Positions 57,640-64,000 of a stretch of 64,000 nt of DNA are shown in pieces. Below the pieces are notes generated by a model, which had not been told where the DNA came from, searched no databases, and saw only the letters and a program-made list of their open reading frames with translations. A program made the position numbers and the translations under genes. How positions within the stretch are numbered: position 1 is the first letter of the stretch; each line of letters begins with the position of its first letter. Location of the stretch: assembly GCA_963768105.1 (NCBI GenBank), contig CAVYGR010000007.1, positions 14,165 to 78,164 of the forward strand. Reading direction: 5' to 3'. Source of the stretch: Candidatus Dormiibacterota bacterium. GTDB lineage: Bacteria; Chloroflexota; Dormibacteria; Aeolococcales; Aeolococcaceae.

Positions 57640-58911
57640 ATGCCCGAGATCGCAGCGCCACGCGGAACGCGCGACGTCCTGCCCGACGAGTTCGCCGCCC
57701 GGCGGTGGTTGCTCGACACTCACCGGGAGGTCGTGGAATCCTTCGGCTACCGGCCGATCGACACACCCATCTTCGAGGCGACGGAGCTGTTCAGCCGCGG
57801 CGTGGGCACCGACACCGATGTGGTCGAGAAGCAGATGTTCACATTCGAGGATCGTGGCGGCAGGTCGCTGACCCTGCGGCCCGAGGGGACGGCCGGCACG
57901 CTTCGTGCGGTGCTCAGCGCGCATCTCGACCAGGACGTCCGCCCGGTCCGCGTCCACTATGCAGGGCCCTTCTTTCGCGCCGAGCGGCCCCAGGCGGGGC
58001 GGCAGCACCAGTTCACCCAGATGGGCGTGGAGTGCATCGGCGAGCGGTCACCGGAGCTCGACGCGGAGATCATCGAGGTGGCGTGGCGCTTTCTCGAGGC
58101 GCTGGGCATCACCGGCGTCCAGTTGCAGATCAACTCGCTCGGCGGTCCCGAGGATCGCGCCCGGTACCGAGCCGCGCTGGTCTCGTACTACACGCCGCTG
58201 GAGGCATCGTTGGACGATGACTGCCGCCGCCGCCTGCACACCAATCCGCTCCGTCTGCTCGACTGCAAGCGCGACGCAGCGCTCGTGGAACGCGCCCCGG
58301 TGATCTGGGACTCCCTCGACACCGCGAGCCGGGCGCATCTCACCGCGGTGATGCGCGACCTGGAGGCGGCGGGGATCGACGCGATCCACAACGACCGTGT
58401 GGTGCGCGGGCTCGACTACTACGGCGACACCGTGTTCGAGCTCTGGCACGACCTGCTCCAGGGCGCGCAGAGCTCGCTCGGCGCGGGAGGGCGGTACGAC
58501 GGGCTCGCCGGGCTGCTCGGGTTCCCGGCAACGCCCGCAACCGGATATGCCCTCGGGGTCGAGCGCATCCTCATCGTCGCCCGCGCGCTCGGCATCGTTC
58601 CGGCGGTCGAGCCCGCGGCCGAGGTCGTCGTCTGTTCGGTCGAGCCGTCCCAGGCGGACGCCGCGGCCGCGGCGGCGCGCCTGCTCCGCCGTGCGGGCAG
58701 CTCTGCGGTGCTGGACGTGGCCGAGCGCAGGCTCGACCGCAAGCTGCGCAGCGCGGGCAAGGCCGGCGCGCGGGTTGCAGTCATCATTGGCGAAAACGAG
58801 GTGACCGGGGAGAGCGCGGTGGTGCGCGACCTCGTGGGTCGCAGCCAGCAGACCGTCCCGGCGACGGAGCTCGCGGCCGCCGTCACGCGCATCCTTCGAG
58901 GCGCCGAATGA
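57640..58911 (+). CDS. hisS: histidyl-tRNA synthetase
   Basis: PRGTRDVLP, FRAERPQAGRQHQFTQ, GAGGRYDGL. Confidence 0.92.
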   Translation: MPEIAAPRGTRDVLPDEFAARRWLLDTHREVVESFGYRPIDTPIFEATELFSRGVGTDTDVVEKQMFTFEDRGGRSLTLRPEGTAGTLRAVLSAHLDQDVRPVRVHYAGPFFRAERPQAGRQHQFTQMGVECIGERSPELDAEIIEVAWRFLEALGITGVQLQINSLGGPEDRARYRAALVSYYTPLEASLDDDCRRRLHTNPLRLLDCKRDAALVERAPVIWDSLDTASRAHLTAVMRDLEAAGIDAIHNDRVVRGLDYYGDTVFELWHDLLQGAQSSLGAGGRYDGLAGLLGFPATPATGYALGVERILIVARALGIVPAVEPAAEVVVCSVEPSQADAAAAAARLLRRAGSSAVLDVAERRLDRKLRSAGKAGARVAVIIGENEVTGESAVVRDLVGRSQQTVPATELAAAVTRILRGAE

Positions 58912-60692
58912 CGACCGAGCGGACCTACTGCGGGACCCCGCGAACAACCCGCGCGGGGGAGCGAGCCACGGTGTACGGATGGGTCGACCGGCGCCGCGAC
59001 CAGGGCGGTCTCATCTTCATCGACCTCCGCGACCACACCGGCATCCTCCAGGTGGTCATCGATGCCAACGACGCGCCCGAGGCCCATCGCGCCGCCCGCG
59101 AGGCACGCCTCGAATGGGTGCTGCGGTTCGAGGGGGAAATCCGGCTTCGCGCTCCGGAGAACGTGAATCCCAAGCGGGAGACGGGCGAGGTCGAGTTGCG
59201 CGCGGGCGCCTGCAGCGTGCTCGCCGTGGCGAAGACCCCGCCGTTCCCGGTCAACGAGGACACCGAGGTCGACGAGCAGCTGCGCTTGCGCCATCGCTAC
59301 CTCGATCTGCGCCGCGTGCACCTGCAGCGCAACCTCCGCGCCCGCGCGAGGTTCTCCACCGAGTTGCGCCGCGCGATGGCGGAGATCGGCTTCCTCGAGA
59401 TCGAGACTCCGATGATGATCCGGGCGACGCCGGAGGGCGCGCGCGACTACCTCGTCCCGAGCCGGCTCTTCCCGGGAAGCTTCTACGCGCTGCCGCAATC
59501 CCCCCAGCTCTACAAACAGCTCTGCATGGTGGCGGGCTTCGACCGCTACTTCCAGCTCGCCCATTGCATGCGCGACGAGGACCTGCGCGCCGATCGCCAG
59601 CCCGAGTTCACCCAGCTCGACATCGAGATGTCGTTCGTCGACGAGGACGATGTCTTCGCGGCACTCGAGCACGCCATCCCGACCGCGTGGCACGCGTGCG
59701 AGTTTCGCGGCGGATCGCTGACGGTCCCGTTCCCGCGGATGACCTGGCGAGCGGCGATGGACAGCTACGGCGTGGACAAGCCCGACACCCGCTTCGGGAT
59801 GCTGCTGCACGACCTCACCGAGACCGTGCGGGTATCGGGGTTTCGCGTCTTCGCGGACGCTGTCGCCGCCGGCGGCATCGTCAAGGGCATCTGCGTCGAG
59901 GGCGGCGACGACCTCACCCGCGGCGACATCGAGGGCCGGCTCACGGAGGTCGCCCGCGCCGCCAGGGCCAAGGGGCTTGCCTACCTGTGGAAGCGAGCCG
60001 ACGGATGGCAGGGAGGAATCGCCAAGTTCTTCAGCGCCGGCGAGCTGGATGCGATCGGCGCCGCCACCGGGGCGGAGGCCGGGGACTGCGTCCTCATGGT
60101 CGCCGACCGGGCGTCGGTGGTCCACGCGGCGCTCGGCGCCCTGCGCAACCACCTCGGACGGACCCGGCAGCTGTACGACGAGAAACGCATCGACATGCTC
60201 TGGGTGACCGAGTTCCCGATGTTCGAGCGCAGCGAGGAAAGCGGGGAGATCGGTGCCGCGCACCATCCCTTCACGATGGTGCACCTGGAGGACCTGGACC
60301 TCCTCGAAACCGATCCGCTCCGGGTTCGCTCGCGCGCCTACGACCTGGTGGTCAACGGGCGTGAGATCGGCAGCGGGAGCATCCGCACCACCGACCCGGC
60401 CATCCTGCAGCGCGTCCTCGCCGCACTGGGCATCGACGCCGACGCGGCCCAGCGGAAATTCGGCTTCCTCCTCGAGGCTTTCGAGTATGGGGTGCCGCCG
60501 CACGGCGGCTGGGCGGGGGGCATCGACCGCATGGTGATGGAGGGTCTCGGCACCGAGAACATCCGCGACGTGATCGCTTTCCCCAAGAACCAGCAGGCCC
60601 AGGAGCCCATGACCGACGCTCCGGCGCCTGTCGAGCCCGATCAGCTCCGCGAGCTGGGGCTCGCGATCCTGCCGCCCGTCCGGACGACGTGA
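58908..60692 (+). CDS. aspS: aspartyl-tRNA synthetase (bacterial type)
   Basis: GWVDRRRDQGGLIFIDLRD, FYALPQSPQLYKQL, FTQLDIEMSF, GGWAGGIDRMVM. Confidence 0.92.
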   Translation: MTTERTYCGTPRTTRAGERATVYGWVDRRRDQGGLIFIDLRDHTGILQVVIDANDAPEAHRAAREARLEWVLRFEGEIRLRAPENVNPKRETGEVELRAGACSVLAVAKTPPFPVNEDTEVDEQLRLRHRYLDLRRVHLQRNLRARARFSTELRRAMAEIGFLEIETPMMIRATPEGARDYLVPSRLFPGSFYALPQSPQLYKQLCMVAGFDRYFQLAHCMRDEDLRADRQPEFTQLDIEMSFVDEDDVFAALEHAIPTAWHACEFRGGSLTVPFPRMTWRAAMDSYGVDKPDTRFGMLLHDLTETVRVSGFRVFADAVAAGGIVKGICVEGGDDLTRGDIEGRLTEVARAARAKGLAYLWKRADGWQGGIAKFFSAGELDAIGAATGAEAGDCVLMVADRASVVHAALGALRNHLGRTRQLYDEKRIDMLWVTEFPMFERSEESGEIGAAHHPFTMVHLEDLDLLETDPLRVRSRAYDLVVNGREIGSGSIRTTDPAILQRVLAALGIDADAAQRKFGFLLEAFEYGVPPHGGWAGGIDRMVMEGLGTENIRDVIAFPKNQQAQEPMTDAPAPVEPDQLRELGLAILPPVRTT

Positions 60693-60952
60693 GCCCCGGG
60701 CTCCTCCTCGCCATCCTCTTCGTCCTCATCGGCGCCACGGTCTCGGGGCTGGTGATGCCGCGGCGCGGCGCCTACCTGCTCACGCTGGTGCTCGCCGCCG
60801 CCGGCCTGGTGGCGGGCGAGCTGGTCGCCATCGCGACACGCATCGGCGGGCCTCAGCTCGGGGTGCTCCACCCGGTCGCCGACGCGGTCGGCGTGGTGCT
60901 CTTCGAGGTCACCGGCGCCGTCCTCGCGCCCACGCGGCGCCGAGGGCCATAA
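60689..60952 (+). CDS. small hypothetical membrane protein (about 3 hydrophobic segments)
   Basis: GTG 60689 overlaps the aspS stop (GTGA). LLLAILFVLIGATVSGLV, LLTLVLAAAGLVAGELVAI. Confidence 0.5.
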   Translation: MSPGLLLAILFVLIGATVSGLVMPRRGAYLLTLVLAAAGLVAGELVAIATRIGGPQLGVLHPVADAVGVVLFEVTGAVLAPTRRRGP

Positions 60953-60983
60953 TCACCCGGTCGGCAATTCGGAGGCTGGTGAG

Positions 60984-61184
60984 ATGCGCGTACCGTTTGG
61001 AAAGAAAGGATTGGTGGCCGCGGGCGCGGCCATCACCGGGGGCATCTTCTTCTGGCGGGCGCGCGCCCGCCGCCGCGAGGAGGCCGAGGCCCGCGAGTGG
61101 GAGGCTGAGATCGCCGGCGCCGTCGACGAGGGGCGCGCCGCCACCGCCGGCACGGCGTCGTCCTCCGAGCCCTCGACTGTCTAG
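60984..61184 (+). CDS. small hypothetical protein with one N-terminal hydrophobic segment
   Basis: GLVAAGAAITGGIFFW followed by the charged RARARRREEAEAREWEAE. Confidence 0.4.
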   Translation: MRVPFGKKGLVAAGAAITGGIFFWRARARRREEAEAREWEAEIAGAVDEGRAATAGTASSSEPSTV

Positions 61185-61226
61185 CGCCGCGGACCTCCCG
61201 GTTTCGACATTCTCCTGACGGGGTAT

Positions 61227-61673
61227 GTGACCAGGGCGATGGGAACGGTCTCGGAACTCCGGTTGCCTGCCGATCGGGAGCACGTTCTGGTCGCCAAACG
61301 GGCCGCGGCTGCAATCGGATCGCTGGCCGGGTTCGACATGGACGCCATCGACGATCTCACCATCGCGGTCGCCCAGGCCTGTGAGAATGCGATCCGCTGC
61401 CTCGAGAGCTCGGGATCGATCGCCGGCCAGGTCCGGATCGTGTTCAAGCTCGGCGACAAGGGTCTCGAGGTGGTCGTGCGCAGCACCGTGAACCGCGAGG
61501 CTGAACTGCGGGCACGGGCCGAGCAGGCGAGCCTCAGCGGCGGGGCGGAATTGGTGGCGGCGACCGACCTCGCGCTCAGGCTCATGGGGCTCTTTGTCGA
61601 CGACAGCACCTACCGCGTCGACGAGCGGACTGGGAACCTCCGCGTCCGGCTGACCAAATACCGAGCCTCGTGA
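61227..61673 (+). CDS. anti-sigma factor, RsbW/SpoIIAB-like (GHKL-type fold)
   Basis: LRLPADREHVLVAKRAAAAIGSLAGF, DDLTIAVAQACENAI. GTGA overlap with the downstream sigma factor gene. Confidence 0.65.
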   Translation: MTRAMGTVSELRLPADREHVLVAKRAAAAIGSLAGFDMDAIDDLTIAVAQACENAIRCLESSGSIAGQVRIVFKLGDKGLEVVVRSTVNREAELRARAEQASLSGGAELVAATDLALRLMGLFVDDSTYRVDERTGNLRVRLTKYRAS

Positions 61674-62488
61674 CCCCATCGCCGCGGCGCGGCGACGTCG
61701 TGGCGACCCGCGAGCGAACCATCGCCAAACCGGCGGAGACACCGGAGCGGACCGAGATGCGGAGGTTGCTCCGCGAGTTCCACCGCACCCGGGACCCGAA
61801 GATCCGTGAGCGGCTCGTCGACCTCAACAGCGACCTCGTCCACTACATCGCCCGGCGCTTCGCCAATCGTGGCGAACCCCTCGAGGACGTCGAGCAGGTC
61901 GGGTTTCTCGGCCTGATCCAGGCGATCGAGCGATTCGACCCGTCGCTCGAGAACGAGTTCAGCACCTTCGCCACGCCGACCGTCGCCGGCGAGATCCGCC
62001 GCCACTTCCGCGACCGGTCCTGGGCGGTGCGCGTTCCTCGGCGCCTCCAGGAGAACCTCGCCAAGGTGAACGCGGCGACCCAGCAGCTCCAGAACGAGCT
62101 GGGCAGGTCGCCGTCCGTCGCCGAGATCGGCGCGCGGGTCGGACTCGACCCCGACCAGGTGCTCGCCGCCATGGAGGTGGCTCCGGCGCAGCACACCGTC
62201 TCGCTCGACGGGCCCGTCGGCGGGGGAGACGAACCCCTCACCCTCGGCGACCGGCTCGGATTGTCCGACGACAACCTCGAGCGCGTGGAGATGCAGGAGG
62301 TGCTCGAGCAAGTGATGGCGCACCTCACCCCGCGCGAGCGCAAGATCCTGGCCTTGCGTTTCGTTGAGCAGTTGCCCCAGACCGAGGTCGCAAAACGACT
62401 GGGCATCTCGCAGATGCACGTGTCGCGATTGCAGCGTGCAGCGGTCGAACACCTACGCAAGGAGTTCGGAACCGAGGCGCCCGTGTAG
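61670..62488 (+). CDS. RNA polymerase sigma factor, SigB/F/G (group 3) family
   Basis: Region 2: YIARRFANRGEPLEDVEQVGFLGLIQAIERFD. Region 3: VPRRLQE. Region 4: QTEVAKRLGISQMHVSRLQR. Confidence 0.88.
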   Translation: MTPSPRRGDVVATRERTIAKPAETPERTEMRRLLREFHRTRDPKIRERLVDLNSDLVHYIARRFANRGEPLEDVEQVGFLGLIQAIERFDPSLENEFSTFATPTVAGEIRRHFRDRSWAVRVPRRLQENLAKVNAATQQLQNELGRSPSVAEIGARVGLDPDQVLAAMEVAPAQHTVSLDGPVGGGDEPLTLGDRLGLSDDNLERVEMQEVLEQVMAHLTPRERKILALRFVEQLPQTEVAKRLGISQMHVSRLQRAAVEHLRKEFGTEAPV

Positions 62489-62521
62489 AATTCGACAACT
62501 TGCGGTCACATTTGTTTGCAC

Positions 62522-64000
62522 GTGCGCAGCGCTGAGATCCGGGAGCAATTTCTCCGCTTCTTCGAGGAGCGCGGGCATCATCGGCTCCCGAGTTTTTCGC
62601 TCATTCCCCACGACGATCCGTCGCTTCTCTTCACCGTGGCCGGAATGGTGCCGCTCAAGCCATGGATCACCGGGCAGCGCACACCACCCGCTCCCGACCT
62701 GGTGTCCTGCCAGAAATGCTTCCGCGGCGCCGGGCTGAAGTACGACGACATGTCCTCGGTCGGTGACCCCACGCATCACACGTTTTTCGAGATGCTCGGC
62801 AACTGGTCGATCGGCCATTACTTCAAGGACAGCGCCATCGACTATGCGTGGGAGTTCTCCACCGAAGTGCTGGGTCTCGACCCCGACCGCCTCTGGCCGA
62901 GCATCTACCCGGACGACGTCGATTCGGAACGGCTCTGGGTGGAGAGGATCGGGATCCCTCGGGAGCGAATCTCGCGTCTGACCGAGAACTGGTGGGCCGC
63001 GGGACCGACGGGACCGTGCGGCTACGACAGCGAGCTGTACTTCGACTGGGGTGGTCCCTGCTCCTGCGGGCGCACGCAGTGCACCCCCCAGGACGAGTGC
63101 GGAGGTGACCGCTGGGAGGAGTTCTGGAACCTCGTGTTCATGGAGTTCGACCAGCAGCCGGATGGATCCCTGCCGAAGCTGCCGAAGCCGGTCGTGGACA
63201 CCGGCCTGGGCTTCGACAGGATCGTGGCCATCGTCCAGGGAGACCGCACCGGGTACGGGACCGACCACTTCGCCCCGATGGTCGAGGGTTTCCGGGGGCG
63301 GGCCGCCGCCTCGGTCTCCGATCCGGGCGAGGTCCGCTCGCTCTACGTCCTCGCCGACCACCTTCGTGGGGCCGGCTTCCTGATCGCCGCGGGAGTCCTC
63401 CCGGCGAACGAGGGGCGCGGGTACGTGCTGCGCCGACTGGTCCGGCGCGCTGCCGTGCACGCCCGACGGGTCGCCGTCAACGGGGGCCTCGCCGCAGGCA
63501 CGGCCGACCTCGTCGGGGTCATGGGGCCGATCTATCCCGAGCTCGTCGAGCACCAGAGCCTCATCGCGGCGACGCTGCGAGTCGAGGAAGATGCCTTCGC
63601 GCGGACGCTCGACGCCGGCACCGAGCGCCTGGCGGCGCTCCTGGCCCGCGGCAGCAGCCGGATCGATGGCGTCGACGCGTTCCGTCTCTATGACACCTTC
63701 GGCTTGCCGATCGAGTTAACGGTCGAGATGGCAGCCGAACGCGGAGCGACAGTGGACCTCGACGGCTTCGAGGCGGCGATGCGCGAGCAGCGCGAGCGCG
63801 GGCAGGCGTCGGCTCGCCGCGGCGGCTTCGCCGGCGCGGAGGCCTTGCCGCCAACACGCTTCATCGGATACGACGAGCTCGAAGCCGAGGCTACGGTGGT
63901 ACGGATCGGACTCGAGCCCGAGATCCCGGTGCTCGCCGCCGGCGATGACGGGGTCGTGCTCCTCGATGTTTCGCCGTTCTACGCCGAGGCGGGCGGACAG
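62522..64000 (+). CDS. alaS: alanyl-tRNA synthetase, 5' part (runs off the window end)
   Basis: Manual translation from GTG 62522 gives RSAEIREQFLRFFEERGHHRLPS, FTVAGMVPLKPW, HHTFFEMLGNWS, FWNLVFMEF, DTGLGFDRI and GRGYVLRRL. The frame is open to position 64000, so it is absent from the ORF track. Confidence 0.9.
   Translation, partial: MRSAEIREQFLRFFEERGHHRLPSFSLIPHDDPSLLFTVAGMVPLKPWITGQRTPPAPDLVSCQKCFRGAGLKYDDMSSVGDPTHHTFFEMLGNWSIGHYFKDSAIDYAWEFSTEVLGLDPDRLWPSIYPDDVDSERLWVERIGIPRERISRLTENWWAAGPTGPCGYDSELYFDWGGPCSCGRTQCTPQDECGGDRWEEFWNLVFMEFDQQPDGSLPKLPKPVVDTGLGFDRIVAIVQGDRTGYGTDHFAPMVEGFRGRAAASVSDPGEVRSLYVLADHLRGAGFLIAAGVLPANEGRGYVLRRLVRRAAVHARRVAVNGGLAAGTADLVGVMGPIYPELVEHQSLIAATLRVEEDAFARTLDAGTERLAALLARGSSRIDGVDAFRLYDTFGLPIELTVEMAAERGATVDLDGFEAAMREQRERGQASARRGGFAGAEALPPTRFIGYDELEAEATVVRIGLEPEIPVLAAGDDGVVLLDVSPFYAEAGGQ

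Overview
Very GC-rich window (third codon positions are almost always G/C). It is gene-dense and almost entirely plus-strand, and it encodes core housekeeping functions with Firmicutes/Terrabacteria-like synteny. Gene order: folE, rlmN, ribD-ribE-ribBA-ribH; a broken BtuF-like gene convergent with a ~1350-aa IPT/TIG surface protein; rpmB; asp23-yloV(fakA-like)-degV-recG-rsmD-coaD; rpmF-fabD-fabG-acpP-rnc-smc-ftsY; a tetR-MFS cassette; ylxM-ffh-rpsP-KH-rimM-trmD-rplS-yraN-comM-dprA-topA-hslVU; one low-GC orphan gene on the minus strand; rpsB-tsf-pyrH-frr-uppS-cdsA-dxr-rseP-ispG-proS; a minus-strand sat-cysC-lysR block; relA-hisS-aspS; a small anti-sigma/sigma module; and the 5' part of alaS (open at the window end, absent from the ORF track). 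rpmF (58 aa) is also missing from the track. I found no tRNA, rRNA, CRISPR array or transposase, and no convincing novel multi-gene system. The most consequential observation is technical or evolutionary: about 20 single-base frame breaks, many in normally essential genes (ffh, coaD, proS, fabG, relA), with nine of them inside ~1.1 kb at 7750-8835. Secondary leads: the surface-protein architecture, the orphan gene between hslU and rpsB, a coding-looking ~130-aa extension after the relA ACT domain, a ComM-like relic fragment, paired TetR operators, an Arg/Gly-rich tail on RNase III with acidic tails on S16/L19/S2, and -10 boxes placed for leaderless transcripts. The many long antisense ORFs are treated as high-GC artefacts. 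All calls rest on motif recognition by eye; no searches were run.
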